Part shown: piece after piece, positions 19,472 through 29,408 of the stretch
How the letters are laid out: the number at the start of each line of letters is the position of its first letter
Position numbering within the stretch: position 1 is the stretch's first letter
Position numbers and translations under genes: made by a program
Assembly: GCA_013152485.1 (NCBI GenBank)
Contig: JAADGG010000050.1
Span: forward strand, 10,090-74,089
Origin: Nitrospirota bacterium
GTDB lineage: Bacteria > Nitrospirota > Thermodesulfovibrionia > Thermodesulfovibrionales > JdFR-85
DNA: 64,000 bases
Direction of reading: 5' to 3'
The notes under the pieces: generated by a model
Told to the model about the DNA's origin: nothing
Seen by the model: the letters and a program-made list of their open reading frames with translations, nothing else
Database searches by the model: none

Positions 19472-20689
19472 ATGAAAACGATGCTGCTTCCATCGATAGA
19501 CATAACGGCCGGCACTCCAGGCGGCGAGAAACCTTTTCCCGCGCATGAAGGGAAAGGTGAAAACCCTGCATCCACGATATTCTCTGCGCTTCTGCCGTTG
19601 ATCATGTTGACCACGGACCAGAAGGAGACTCCGGAAGGTGACGGAACCGGAGCAGAGGTGCCGGGCCTTGCCGCCTTCGGCGCCGTACCGGAAGGAGAGC
19701 AGAAGCCGACCCCAGCCGGTCCAACCATCCCTGCAGGCAAACTGCCGGGATTCCACGACAAGATGTTGGGCTCCGGTACCGGGGACGCACCCGACACTGC
19801 AGTAAGGCCGGATACCCGCACCGCCGATACACTGATCGGCGCCAAGTCCAACACACGGGGAAAACCCGGAAGCGCCGAAAAAGAAGCCGCCTCTACGGTC
19901 TTCCGGACAGTCGAGGAGGCCGCAGACACGGGCACACCTTCCAATGCATCCAAACTCGGCCCCGTTACACCTGACGAGGCATCCCGTACCGGAAACACCT
20001 CGGGACATCAAAAGACGTCCGGGAAAGCCGATCTTCCCGGAAACAAAGGCCTCCCGGCTCAGGACAAAGGCCCCGTACCGGATCAAACCGCTGTCGGGGA
20101 GAAGACGGAAGATCACGCGGGAACAGAGACCGGAAACCATGGGAGCAGAAAGGATGCCGGTCCCTACCTGCGCACTGGAACGGGACATGGCAGTGATGTC
20201 TCTTTTTCCGTCAAGGAGGTCGACGTGCCCGAGGCAGACCCCGGACCATCTGGACGCAGTCCGAACGCTCACAGAACAGAAGAGACCGGTTTCACGGAAA
20301 GGTTGTCTCAGGCGGCCGCAACTCGGCCGGACAAACCGTTACCCGCCCACAAGGCCTCTTCCATAGAACTGACGATTGAACCGGAAGGCCTGGGAAAGAT
20401 CGACATAGAGGTATCCGTCCACAACGGAGAAGTGAGGGCTGAACTCGGGATAGAAAGACTCAAGAGCCTGCTCGACATACAGAACAACATGCCCCAGCTC
20501 TTCGACAGCCTTGCAAAGGCCGGATTGACACCCGGAGGTTTTTCGCTCTTCCTGAAAAACAGGGGCGGCAGGGCTTGGACAAAGACCCAGTACGGCATGA
20601 AGGAGACGGAGCACATCGATGCTGCGGAACAATTTCAGAAAACAAATCATGACAGGTCCGGGCTGTACAACGTGAGTATCCGCGTATAG
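19472..20689 (+). CDS. fliK: Flagellar hook-length control protein FliK
   Basis: Pro/Gly/Thr/Ala-rich disordered N-terminal two thirds plus a C-terminal Flg_hook-type domain (IELTIEPEGLGKIDIEVSVHNGEVRAELGIE...QLFDSLAKAGL). The start could be ATG 19472 or 19481. Confidence 0.8.
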   Translation: MKTMLLPSIDITAGTPGGEKPFPAHEGKGENPASTIFSALLPLIMLTTDQKETPEGDGTGAEVPGLAAFGAVPEGEQKPTPAGPTIPAGKLPGFHDKMLGSGTGDAPDTAVRPDTRTADTLIGAKSNTRGKPGSAEKEAASTVFRTVEEAADTGTPSNASKLGPVTPDEASRTGNTSGHQKTSGKADLPGNKGLPAQDKGPVPDQTAVGEKTEDHAGTETGNHGSRKDAGPYLRTGTGHGSDVSFSVKEVDVPEADPGPSGRSPNAHRTEETGFTERLSQAAATRPDKPLPAHKASSIELTIEPEGLGKIDIEVSVHNGEVRAELGIERLKSLLDIQNNMPQLFDSLAKAGLTPGGFSLFLKNRGGRAWTKTQYGMKETEHIDAAEQFQKTNHDRSGLYNVSIRV

Positions 20690-20712
20690 CCGCAGGCAGA
20701 AGGAGGCAACAG

Positions 20713-21330
20713 ATGAATTCATTGTCAGGCACCGTCGGTAAAGACGACTTTCTGAGGCTGTTCACCACACAGCTCAGATATCAGAACCCTCTTAACCCCA
20801 TGGACGGTACAGAGTTCACGGCACAGCTTGCACAGTTCAGTTCTCTCGAACAGCTGGTAAACATGGGGAACACCCTCGACAGCATACTCTCATACCAGGA
20901 CTCTCTCAACAACGCATTTGCGACCAACCTGATGGGCAAGATGATAAAGGCAGACGGAGACCGCGTACACCTCAAGGGCTCAGCCGAGTTCTTCTACGAG
21001 GTGCCGCGGGACGTGGAGGCCCTGACCCTCAACATCTACAGCCCGGCCGGTGACGTGGTGAAGACCATAGAGTTCGGCAGACAGCCGGCCGGTACCGGAA
21101 GGTATGTCTGGGATGGAACGGACGGAAACGGCGAGCTTCTGCCGGACGGCTTCTATACGGTGAGGTTCTTTGCCACTGACGACAGCGGTGACCCTGTTGC
21201 CGTCTCCACCGAGACACTGTCGAGGGTCACCGGTATAAGCTTCGAGGACGGGGTCACTTACCTCGAGCTGGACAGTGATACGAGGGTTTCCCTCGGTGAG
21301 ATAAAAGAGATCTGGGAAGGAGGTGTTTGA
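20713..21330 (+). CDS. flgD: Flagellar hook capping/assembly protein FlgD
   Basis: 205 aa. Motifs: KDDFLRLFTTQLRYQNPLNPMDGTEFTAQLAQFSSLEQ and a FlgD Ig-like C-terminus (YVWDGTDGNGELLPDGFY). Confidence 0.92.
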   Translation: MNSLSGTVGKDDFLRLFTTQLRYQNPLNPMDGTEFTAQLAQFSSLEQLVNMGNTLDSILSYQDSLNNAFATNLMGKMIKADGDRVHLKGSAEFFYEVPRDVEALTLNIYSPAGDVVKTIEFGRQPAGTGRYVWDGTDGNGELLPDGFYTVRFFATDDSGDPVAVSTETLSRVTGISFEDGVTYLELDSDTRVSLGEIKEIWEGGV

Positions 21331-22580
21331 AGATGCTGACAGCACTCTTTTCGGCAATAAGCGGACTCAATGCAAACGGGACTTCTCTTTCGGTGATAGG
21401 TGACAATGTGGCAAACATGAACACGGTAGGTTTCAAGGCGAGCAGGGTGGCCTTCGGCGACGTCCTGAGCCAGACCATCACGGGAACCTCGGGCAATTCA
21501 CAGATTGGACGAGGCGTCCTCGTCAGTGACATCTCCCCCCTGTTCACGCAGGGATCGTTCGAGACAACGGCGAGCGCCCTCGACATGGCCATCGACGGAG
21601 ACGGCTTCTTCATGGTCAAGGAGAACAACTCAAACTTCTACACGAGGGCAGGACAGTTCACGCTGGACAAGGACGGCTATCTCGTAACCCCCGACAACCT
21701 AAGGGTTCAGGGATATCTCTATGACGCAGGAGGAAACGCGACCGGCGTAGTGGGTGACATATCGGTTGCATCCCTCAACAGTGCGCCGCAACAGACCGCC
21801 AACGCCTCGCTGTCCGTCAACCTCGACTCAAGAGATGCAGTGACGGGTCCTTTCGATCTCACGAACACGTCCGGAACATCCAACTTCTCGACGTCGCTCA
21901 CCATCTACGACAGCCTCGGCAACGACCATCTCCTCACCACCTACTTCACCAAGACAGGTGCAGGCACGTGGGAGGCAAACGTCGTCACCGTAACCGACCC
22001 GACCACGGATCCTCCGACATACTCGATAGTGGCGACAGAGACACTCCAGTTCGATGACAACGGGAACCTGACAGCTCCTGATCCGCCGGAGTTCACGGCC
22101 ACGCTCGACTTCTCCCCATGGGGCGCAGCAGCCGGACAGACGATAAGGTTCGACATCGCCGACATGACCCAGTACGGGGCGGACTCGGCCACCGTGTTTC
22201 TTACACAGGACGGGTTCACGGCGGGATCGCTCAAGACTCTCAGCGTATCAGAGGACGGCACCATCACGGGAATCTTCACCAACGGACAGACAAAACCGGT
22301 GGCCCGGCTCGCGCTGGCGAAGTTTGCAGCCCCGACGGAACTGACCAAGATAGGAAGGAATCTCTATGCCGAATCCTTCTCCTCGGGCCAGCCGATAATA
22401 GGGGAGCCAGGCACGGCAGGCATAGGCAGGGTCCTGAGTGCGTCGCTCGAACTCAGCAATGTCGATCTTGCGGAAGAGTTCATAAAGATGATCGCCGCGC
22501 AGAGGGGTTTTCAGGCGAACTCGAGGATAATAACCACCACCGACGACCTGCTGCAGGAGGTGGTAAACCTGAAGAGATAG
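21327..22580 (+). CDS. flgE: Flagellar hook protein FlgE
   Basis: 417 aa. N-terminal SGLNANGTSLSVIGDNVANMNTVGFK and C-terminal LELSNVDLAEEFIKMIAAQRGFQANSRIITTTDDLLQEVVNLKR. Confidence 0.95.
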   Translation: MKMLTALFSAISGLNANGTSLSVIGDNVANMNTVGFKASRVAFGDVLSQTITGTSGNSQIGRGVLVSDISPLFTQGSFETTASALDMAIDGDGFFMVKENNSNFYTRAGQFTLDKDGYLVTPDNLRVQGYLYDAGGNATGVVGDISVASLNSAPQQTANASLSVNLDSRDAVTGPFDLTNTSGTSNFSTSLTIYDSLGNDHLLTTYFTKTGAGTWEANVVTVTDPTTDPPTYSIVATETLQFDDNGNLTAPDPPEFTATLDFSPWGAAAGQTIRFDIADMTQYGADSATVFLTQDGFTAGSLKTLSVSEDGTITGIFTNGQTKPVARLALAKFAAPTELTKIGRNLYAESFSSGQPIIGEPGTAGIGRVLSASLELSNVDLAEEFIKMIAAQRGFQANSRIITTTDDLLQEVVNLKR

Positions 22581-22603
22581 CAACCGCGGAAGATCGGAGG
22601 TGG

Positions 22604-22624
22604 CAGGTGCAGCCCTTGCACCTG
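22604..22624. terminator. Hairpin between the convergent flgE and mtaD genes
   Basis: CAGGTGCA-GCCCT-TGCACCTG (8-bp stem) nested within a larger imperfect inverted repeat (GAAGATCG...CGATCTTC). There is no clear U-tract on either strand. Confidence 0.35.
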
Positions 22625-22628
22625 TCGC

Positions 22629-23963
22629 CTATCCCGCGCCACCTGCCGAGACGATCTTCTCCCTCCACTGTCTCGCCTTGAGTATTATCTCCTCCTCCTG
22701 AACCGTGACGAGCCTGTATCCGTCTATCAGAAGCCGGCCGTTTACCATCACGCTCTCCACGTCAGAGGATTTTGCCGAGTATACGATGAGGGAGTAGATA
22801 TTGTAGACCGGTACGAGGTGGGGCTTGTCGAGGTCAAGGACCACCATGTCTGCAAGTTTTCCTCGTTCGAGACTTCCCAGGCTCTCTCCAAGGCCGAGGG
22901 CCTCTGCCCCCATGCGCGTGGCCATCAACAGTGCAGTCCGTGCAGAGAGTGCAGTGGGATCATCGGAAACCGCCTTGTGCAGTTTTGCAGCTGTAGACAT
23001 CTCGCTCATCACATCGAGGTCGTTGTTGCTCGCCGCGCCATCGGTGCCGAAGACAACCCTCACCCCTGCGTCGAGCATCCTGACGACCGGGGCTATTCCC
23101 GAGGCAAGCTTCAGATTGCTCTCGAGACAGTGAGAGACGCTCACCCCGCGCTCGGCCAGTATCTCTATCTCGCGCTGGGAGGGCCAGACACAATGGGCTG
23201 CGACCACGCGGGAGTTCAGAAGCCCGTGGGAGTCGAGATGCTCGATCGGGGTCTTGCCGTAAAGCCTCATCACCTCTTCCACCTCCCAGCGGGTCTCGCA
23301 CAGGTGTGTGTGCACGGGGACATCGTATTGTTCTCCCATCATCAGTGCCTTACGGTATGTCCCGGGACTGCACGTGTAGGGAGCGTGAGGTGCAATAGAG
23401 GGGGTTATCAGTTCATCCTCCCTCCATCTGCTTATGAAGTCCTCGGCCCTCTCGAAGTACTCAGCCGTGTCTTGCACGGCGGTGGTCGGAAAGTCGAGGA
23501 TTCCGGCTCCGAGGACGGCCCTCATCCCGAGCTTCTTTATCCCCTCCGTGGAAGCATCCTCGAAGAAGTACATGTCGTTGTAGAGCGTAACGCCGGCCCT
23601 CACCATCTCGAGGCAGGCCAGTGCGGTTGCGTCCCTGACGAAGTCAGGGCTCAACCACCTCTCCTCTGCAGGCCAGATGTTCTCTTCGAGCCAGTTCTTC
23701 AGTGGAAGGTCGTCGGCCAGGCCCCGGAAGTACACCATGGCGGCATGGGTATGGGTGTTGACAAGGCCCGGCATAACCGCCTTTCCGCTGCCGCCCACGA
23801 CTCTGTCCGGCAGGTACCTGGCCTCCAGGTCATCAGACGGCCCTACATCGACAATACGCCCCGCCCTGACTGCCACGGCCCCGCCGCGCAGGGGCTCTTC
23901 GCTGTCTGTCATGGTGAGGACATAATCACCTTTTACGATGAAGTCGACCGGTTCTTTGTGCAT
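22629..23963 (-). CDS. mtaD: Amidohydrolase, 5-methylthioadenosine/S-adenosylhomocysteine deaminase-like
   Basis: 444 aa with metal-ligand motifs ([33 protein letters not shown]) typical of the MtaD/TrzA/guanine-deaminase group. Confidence 0.75.
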   Translation of the reverse strand: MHKEPVDFIVKGDYVLTMTDSEEPLRGGAVAVRAGRIVDVGPSDDLEARYLPDRVVGGSGKAVMPGLVNTHTHAAMVYFRGLADDLPLKNWLEENIWPAEERWLSPDFVRDATALACLEMVRAGVTLYNDMYFFEDASTEGIKKLGMRAVLGAGILDFPTTAVQDTAEYFERAEDFISRWREDELITPSIAPHAPYTCSPGTYRKALMMGEQYDVPVHTHLCETRWEVEEVMRLYGKTPIEHLDSHGLLNSRVVAAHCVWPSQREIEILAERGVSVSHCLESNLKLASGIAPVVRMLDAGVRVVFGTDGAASNNDLDVMSEMSTAAKLHKAVSDDPTALSARTALLMATRMGAEALGLGESLGSLERGKLADMVVLDLDKPHLVPVYNIYSLIVYSAKSSDVESVMVNGRLLIDGYRLVTVQEEEIILKARQWREKIVSAGGAG

Positions 23964-26900
23964 GCCTCAGCCCTGCCATGGTACTCCTGGATGGAGCGTA
24001 TGGTCAGACGTCTCTCTTTCAGCCCCTCGAGCGCCCTTGCCACTGCCCTGGCACCGGATATGGTCGTGGTATACGGGACCTTGTACTCGAGGGCACTCTG
24101 CCTTATGTAGAAGGAATCCTTCCGAGCCGTTGCACTCTCGATGGTATTTATTATGAAGCTTATCTCTTTGTTCTTTATGAGATCGACGACATTCGGTCTT
24201 CCTTCCTTGAGCTTGTTCACCGTATCGACGTCAAGGCCATGCCCTTTCAGGAAAGCGGCGGTCCCTCTCGTGGTCACGATCCTCAGCCCCTGAGCGACGA
24301 ATATCCTGGCGATCTCGAGGACCTGCGGCTTGTCCTCGTCCCTAACACTTATGAAGACCTTGCCTTCAAGCGGTATCTGGTTGTTGGCGGAGGCCTCGGC
24401 CTTTGCATAGGCAAGGCCGAAATCCCTGTCTATCCCCATAACCTCACCCGTCGACTTCATTTCAGGCCCCAGGATGGTATCGACTCCCGAAAACCTGTCG
24501 AAAGGAAAGACCGCTTCCTTTACCGCCACATGCCCGGGTTCTGGATCCGCCGTGAGTCCGAGGTCCCTGAGCTTCAAGCCGGCCATGACCTTTGCAGCCG
24601 TCTTTGCAAGCGGAACACCTGTCGCCTTGCTCACGAAGGGAATGGTCCTCGACGCCCTCGGATTCACCTCCAGCACGTATATGTCCGTGTTCTTCACCGC
24701 GAACTGCACATTCATCAAACCAACAACCCCCAGTTCCACGGCAAGCGCCCTCGCCTGCCTCTTTATCTCGTCGACCGTCTCTCTGGAGAGTGAAAAGGGT
24801 GGAAGGGAGCAGGCCGAGTCACCCGAGTGAATCCCTGCCTCTTCGATGTGCTCCATCACGCCTCCTATTATGACCGTCTCTCCATCCGAGACCGCGTCCA
24901 CATCCACCTCGACGGCATCCATTATGTATTTGTCTATGAGCACGGGATGCTCAGGAGACGCCTTCACCGCCCTGCGCATGTAGTCCCTCAGGGAAGCCTC
25001 GTCATAGACTATCTCCATGGCCCTGCCCCCAAGCACGTAGGACGGCCTGACCATTACCGGATATCCGATCTCTCCCCCTATCTTGACGGCCTCGTCAGTA
25101 CTCATGGCCGTTCCGCTGTCGGGCTGCCTGAGGCCGAGTTTATGCAGGAGCTCCTTGAAGCGCTTTCTGTCCTCGGCACGGTCAATGGCATCAGGTGGAG
25201 TACCGAGAATCCTCACGCCTTCCCTCTCCAGAGGCACGGCCAGTTTCAGGGGGGTCTGTCCCCCGAACTGTACGATGACGCCCTCGGGCCTTTCCAGTTC
25301 TATTATATTCAAGACATCCTCAAGAGTCAGCGGCTCGAAATACAGCCTGTCCGACGTGTCATAGTCGGTGCTTACGGTCTCTGGATTGCAGTTCACCATT
25401 ATGGTCTCGTAACCCATATCCTTGAGGGCAAAGACCGCATGAACACAGCAGTAGTCGAACTCTATCCCCTGCCCTATACGGTTGGGGCCGCTTCCGAGGA
25501 TCATTATCTTCCTGCGGCCTGACGGCCTCGCCTCGCATTCAACCGCAGGAACAGACAGCGTATTCCCCGATCCATCCCCCGGCGGCTCGTTTCCGCTGCC
25601 TTTCACCTTCGTCGCATCCTTGCCCAGCCTGTAGAACGGTCTCTCATACGTGGAGTACAGATAAGGTGTGTACGCCTCGAACTCCGCGGCACACGTATCG
25701 ACCATCTTGTAGGCGGCACGCACGTTGAAGCGGCCTCTGCACGCCCTTATCTCCGCCTCTGTAAGCCCGGTAAGGGCTGCAAGACGTATGTCTGAAAATC
25801 CCCAGGACTTCGCCTTGTAAAGGAGCGCGGGGCTCAGGGACGTAGATTGCGAATCCCTGATCCCGTTCTCCAGCTCGATTATCTCCCTGATGTTATTCAG
25901 GAACCAGGGGTCTATTTTCGTTATCTCATGAACGTCACCGACGCTCAGTCCCTCCCTGAAGGCCTGGGCCACGTACCAGAGTCTCTCACTGTTCGGCACC
26001 TTCAGCTTATCCCTTATCAAGTCGAGCCCCGCAGGCCTCTCTTCGAGGCCGTAACTGTCCGCCTCGAGGCTCCTCAGGGCCTTCTGCAGCGACTCCTTGA
26101 ATGTCCTGCCTATGGACATCACCTCTCCGACAGACTTCATCTGGGTTGTGAGTGTAGGGTCTGCCTCGGGAAACTTCTCAAAGGCGAACCTCGGGATCTT
26201 TGTTACAACATAGTCGATCGTGGGTTCGAAGCTGGCAGGGGTCTCCCGCGTTATGTCATTCGATATCTCGTGCAGGTTCAGGCCGACCGCCAGTTTTGCG
26301 GCAATCTTTGCGATCGGGAATCCCGTTGCCTTGGATGCAAGGGCTGAAGAACGCGACACCCTCGGGTTCATCTCTATCACGACCATCCTTCCATCCTCGG
26401 GGTTGAGGGCGAACTGAATGTTGCTGCCGCCGGTATCGACACCTATCTCCCTGATTACCGCAATCGATGCATCCCTCATTCTCTGGTACTCCTTGTCGGA
26501 CAGGGTCTGAGCAGGGGCGACAGTGATCGAGTCTCCGGTATGTACACCCATGGGATCGAGATTTTCAATGGAGCAGATTATGACAACGTTGTCATGTCCG
26601 TCCCTCATCACCTCGAGTTCGTATTCCTTCCAGCCGAGTACCGACTCTTCCACCAGCACCTGGCTTACGGGGCTCAGCTTTAGTGCATTCTCGAGCAGCA
26701 CACGGTACTCCTCGAGATTATAGGCCACAGCCCCGCCGGTACCGCCGAGAGTGAAGGCGGGCCTCAGTATGGCGGGAAAACCGATATGCCCCACCACATC
26801 GAGCCCCTCCTCGATACTGTTGACGGCGCTGGAACGCGGGACCTCGAGGCCGATCCTCGCCATGGCGTCCTTGAAGAGGTCCCTGTCCTCGGCCTTCCTT

Positions 26901-27274
26901 ATTGCGTGCAGTTTCGCCCCTATCAGCTCGACGCCGTGGCGTTCCAGGACACCGGATTCGGCAAGCTCGACAGTGAGGTTCAGGGCCGTCTGCCCGCCCA
27001 TCGTCGGCAGGAGGGCGTCAGGACGTTCTCTCTCTATGATCAGCTCGATTATCTCTGCGGTCAGCGGCTCTATGTAGGTAATGTCCGCCATCTCGGGATC
27101 GGTCATGATGGTAGCCGGATTCGAGTTGACGAGAACCACCTCATAGCCCTCTTCCCGGAGTGCCTTGCATGCCTGCGCACCCGAGTAATCGAACTCGCAA
27201 GCCTGCCCGATCACTATAGGTCCTGAACCTATCAGGAGTATCTTCTTGATATCATCTCTCTTTGGCACGGTCAC
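23933..27274 (-). CDS. carB: Carbamoyl-phosphate synthase large subunit
   Basis: 1113 aa with two ATP-grasp halves ([21 protein letters not shown]... and [23 protein letters not shown]...) and a C-terminal MGS-like domain. Confidence 0.97.
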   Translation of the reverse strand: MTVPKRDDIKKILLIGSGPIVIGQACEFDYSGAQACKALREEGYEVVLVNSNPATIMTDPEMADITYIEPLTAEIIELIIERERPDALLPTMGGQTALNLTVELAESGVLERHGVELIGAKLHAIRKAEDRDLFKDAMARIGLEVPRSSAVNSIEEGLDVVGHIGFPAILRPAFTLGGTGGAVAYNLEEYRVLLENALKLSPVSQVLVEESVLGWKEYELEVMRDGHDNVVIICSIENLDPMGVHTGDSITVAPAQTLSDKEYQRMRDASIAVIREIGVDTGGSNIQFALNPEDGRMVVIEMNPRVSRSSALASKATGFPIAKIAAKLAVGLNLHEISNDITRETPASFEPTIDYVVTKIPRFAFEKFPEADPTLTTQMKSVGEVMSIGRTFKESLQKALRSLEADSYGLEERPAGLDLIRDKLKVPNSERLWYVAQAFREGLSVGDVHEITKIDPWFLNNIREIIELENGIRDSQSTSLSPALLYKAKSWGFSDIRLAALTGLTEAEIRACRGRFNVRAAYKMVDTCAAEFEAYTPYLYSTYERPFYRLGKDATKVKGSGNEPPGDGSGNTLSVPAVECEARPSGRRKIMILGSGPNRIGQGIEFDYCCVHAVFALKDMGYETIMVNCNPETVSTDYDTSDRLYFEPLTLEDVLNIIELERPEGVIVQFGGQTPLKLAVPLEREGVRILGTPPDAIDRAEDRKRFKELLHKLGLRQPDSGTAMSTDEAVKIGGEIGYPVMVRPSYVLGGRAMEIVYDEASLRDYMRRAVKASPEHPVLIDKYIMDAVEVDVDAVSDGETVIIGGVMEHIEEAGIHSGDSACSLPPFSLSRETVDEIKRQARALAVELGVVGLMNVQFAVKNTDIYVLEVNPRASRTIPFVSKATGVPLAKTAAKVMAGLKLRDLGLTADPEPGHVAVKEAVFPFDRFSGVDTILGPEMKSTGEVMGIDRDFGLAYAKAEASANNQIPLEGKVFISVRDEDKPQVLEIARIFVAQGLRIVTTRGTAAFLKGHGLDVDTVNKLKEGRPNVVDLIKNKEISFIINTIESATARKDSFYIRQSALEYKVPYTTTISGARAVARALEGLKERRLTIRSIQEYHGRAEACTKNRSTSS

Positions 27275-27327
27275 CTCACCTGATTTTTATGTATGAAAAG
27301 AAAGTCCTGTGGACTCCCTGATATGCG

Positions 27328-27930
27328 TTATACCTCAACATATTTCCTGAGCTTCTCAACGACTGCATTCGCCTCTGACTCCGTCCTCGTGGTCAATACA
27401 GTGAATGCCTCGCCGTCAAACCTCAGTTCCACGCTGTAGAAATCCTCTGTCTGCCCGAATCCCGGGATGACGGTGCCATGCTGCAAGGCTATCCTCTTCA
27501 CGAAGGCCACACCATCGGGATTCTCCGGCTCAATCCGCGTGTGAACAATCCTGATGTCAGCAAGAGAGTCAAGCCGCCGCCTCAGTGTCCTGCTTCCAAA
27601 AGGTTTCCTGAGCGTTATGCTGACCGTCTTTTCCCCGAGATCAAAGACCGTCTCGAGACACGGCTCTTTGAACAGGAACACCCTTGCAAGCGGAAAGGCT
27701 GCCACAAATACCGCTGCGGCAACGATATAGTGCACCGGCTGTAATTCGCCCCTGAGGGCAAAGAAGACCAGCACGGCAGCAGCCGCTGCAGCGCCGACAA
27801 GACTCGCGGAGAACTCCCGGTTGTATATCCCGCTGTGGAGCACACTGCCGCGTTCCACAGCGAATGATGTCGTCTTGAGTGTAATCCTGCTGTCTTCGAT
27901 CTCGACCCTGTACGTACCGGATTCGTTCAT
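27328..27930 (-). CDS. Hypothetical two-TM membrane protein with a C-terminal beta-rich domain capped by a helix (possibly bacterial PH-like)
   Basis: 200 aa from ATG 27930 (MNESGTYRVEIEDSRI...). That ATG overlaps the carA stop as ATGA. Two hydrophobic helices (SLVGAAAAAAVLVFFAL, YIVAAAVFVAAFPLARVFLF). The longer ORF to 28260 overlaps carA and is rejected. Confidence 0.6.
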   Translation of the reverse strand: MNESGTYRVEIEDSRITLKTTSFAVERGSVLHSGIYNREFSASLVGAAAAAAVLVFFALRGELQPVHYIVAAAVFVAAFPLARVFLFKEPCLETVFDLGEKTVSITLRKPFGSRTLRRRLDSLADIRIVHTRIEPENPDGVAFVKRIALQHGTVIPGFGQTEDFYSVELRFDGEAFTVLTTRTESEANAVVEKLRKYVEV

Positions 27931-29090
27931 CGACTGTCTTCCATCATCTCCCTGAATCTCGCAAAGAGGTGCATCGAGTCGTTCGGCCCCGGACCCGCCT
28001 CGGGGTGATGCTGGACCGAGAAGGCCGGCAGGTCGACATGCTCCATCCCCTCTTCCGTGCCGTCGTAGAGATTCTTGTGCGTAAGCCTCACCTTGGAACC
28101 GAGACTGCCGATCTCCACACAGTAGTTGTGATTCTGCGACGTGATCTCCACCTTTCCGGTCAGCAGGTCCATTACAGGGTGATTGCCCCCGTGATGTCCG
28201 AACTTGAGCTTGTAGGTGCTCCCTCCCATGGCAAGTCCGAGTATCTGATGGCCCAGGCATATTCCGAAGATCGGGACCCTGCCGAGGAGCTTCCTTGCGT
28301 TCTCCATACCGTAGACGACCGCTTCGGGATCACCGGGGCCGTTGCTCAGGACCACTCCTTGAGGATTCATGTCGAGCACCGCCTCGGCAGGCGTCTCAGC
28401 CGGCACCACTGTTATGTCAAAGCCGGCATCCGCAAGGTTTCGGAGTATGTTGAGCTTGACGCCGAAGTCATATACGACCACCCTCTTCAGCTGCACGTCT
28501 TTCCCGAGTTTTGAATCTTGAGTTTTGAATCTTGAATCTTGAATCTTGAGCTTTGAGTCCCCCCACCTCCAGACCTTCTCGTCCCAGCTGTATTGCCTGT
28601 CAGTGGTCACGAGCTTGACGAGGTCCACCCCGCCTATGCCCGGATGCGCCCTCACCTTTTCATACAGGCTCTCCGGCACATCGTCCTCGGTCGAGATGAT
28701 CCCCATCCTGGCCCCGAAGTTCCTTATGTGTCTCGTAAGCGCCCTTGTATCTATCCCCTTGACCGCCACTATGCCGTGTCTTCTCAGATAGTCTTCAAGG
28801 GTGCCTTTGGACCGCCAGTTACTGGGATAATCGACGCATTCCTTTACGACGAATCCCTCGACCTTCGGGCCGCCGGCTGATTCTTCGTCCTCCCCGTTTA
28901 CGCCATAGTTGCCCATCTGCGTGTATGTCATGGTGACTATCTGTCCCTTGTACGAAGGGTCTGTCAGTATCTCCTGGTAGCCGGTCATGGACGTGTTGAA
29001 GACGACCTCCCCCATGGCCTCACCGTCAGCACCAAAGGACTCACCTTCGAACACCGTTCCGTCTGAAAGGACGAGCAAAGCCTTTTTCAT
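27927..29090 (-). CDS. carA: Carbamoyl-phosphate synthase small (glutaminase) subunit
   Basis: 387 aa. N-terminal LVLSDGTVFEGESFG..GEVVFNTSMTGYQEILTDPSY. GATase triad region: GICLGHQ, HHGGNHPV, QHHPEA. Confidence 0.95.
   Translation of the reverse strand: MKKALLVLSDGTVFEGESFGADGEAMGEVVFNTSMTGYQEILTDPSYKGQIVTMTYTQMGNYGVNGEDEESAGGPKVEGFVVKECVDYPSNWRSKGTLEDYLRRHGIVAVKGIDTRALTRHIRNFGARMGIISTEDDVPESLYEKVRAHPGIGGVDLVKLVTTDRQYSWDEKVWRWGDSKLKIQDSRFKTQDSKLGKDVQLKRVVVYDFGVKLNILRNLADAGFDITVVPAETPAEAVLDMNPQGVVLSNGPGDPEAVVYGMENARKLLGRVPIFGICLGHQILGLAMGGSTYKLKFGHHGGNHPVMDLLTGKVEITSQNHNYCVEIGSLGSKVRLTHKNLYDGTEEGMEHVDLPAFSVQHHPEAGPGPNDSMHLFARFREMMEDSR
28504..28559 (-). repeat. Heptanucleotide tandem repeat (TTGARTC on the + strand), about 8 units, inside carA
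   Basis: Units: CCGAGTT TTGAATC TTGAGTT TTGAATC TTGAATC TTGAATC TTGAGCT TTGAGTC. Translated in the carA frame as GDSKLKIQDSRFKTQDSKLG. Confidence 0.9.
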
Positions 29091-29352
29091 TCAACCTCCG
29101 GTATATCTTCTCTTTTTAAGTCCCTACCGCCGGAACCCGATGCGCCTGCTCCGGCATCCATCAAGTTCAGGCGGCAACGCCGCCGTTAATTATATCATAT
29201 AACCGCGCATAGAAGTCTCACAGCCCGGCCGTCCGCCCGGAGAAGGCATTTGTCCCTGAGAGGAAGACGAGCGGACAAGCGGATAAAGGGCTTGATTCAT
29301 GCAGGAGCAGCGGTTGAGTGAGCAGGTATCCGGGTAAGGATGGAAGAAAGGA

Positions 29353-29378
29353 GGAGCGGGGAGAGTACTCCCCGCTCC
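29353..29378 (-). terminator. Intrinsic-terminator-like hairpin after the cytochrome-porin gene
   Basis: GGAGCGGGGAG-AGTA-CTCCCCGCTCC (11-bp perfect stem) lies 30 nt past the stop. The minus-strand RNA continues UCCUUUCUUCC. Confidence 0.6.
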
Positions 29379-29408
29379 GGTGAAACATTGTTGTCAACTT
29401 GTCCGAAA

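Noticed and set aside
27931-28260. N-terminal 110-codon extension of the ORF between carA and carB
   Set aside because: It overlaps carA in another frame and is Arg/Gly-rich nonsense. The internal ATG at 27930 overlaps the carA stop (ATGA) and begins the hydrophobic protein.
28504-28559. Possibility that the short tandem repeats in carA and pyrC are a CRISPR array or a minisatellite between genes
   Set aside because: The units are 7 nt, contiguous and without spacers. They lie inside intact reading frames of conserved enzymes, so this is not a CRISPR array.
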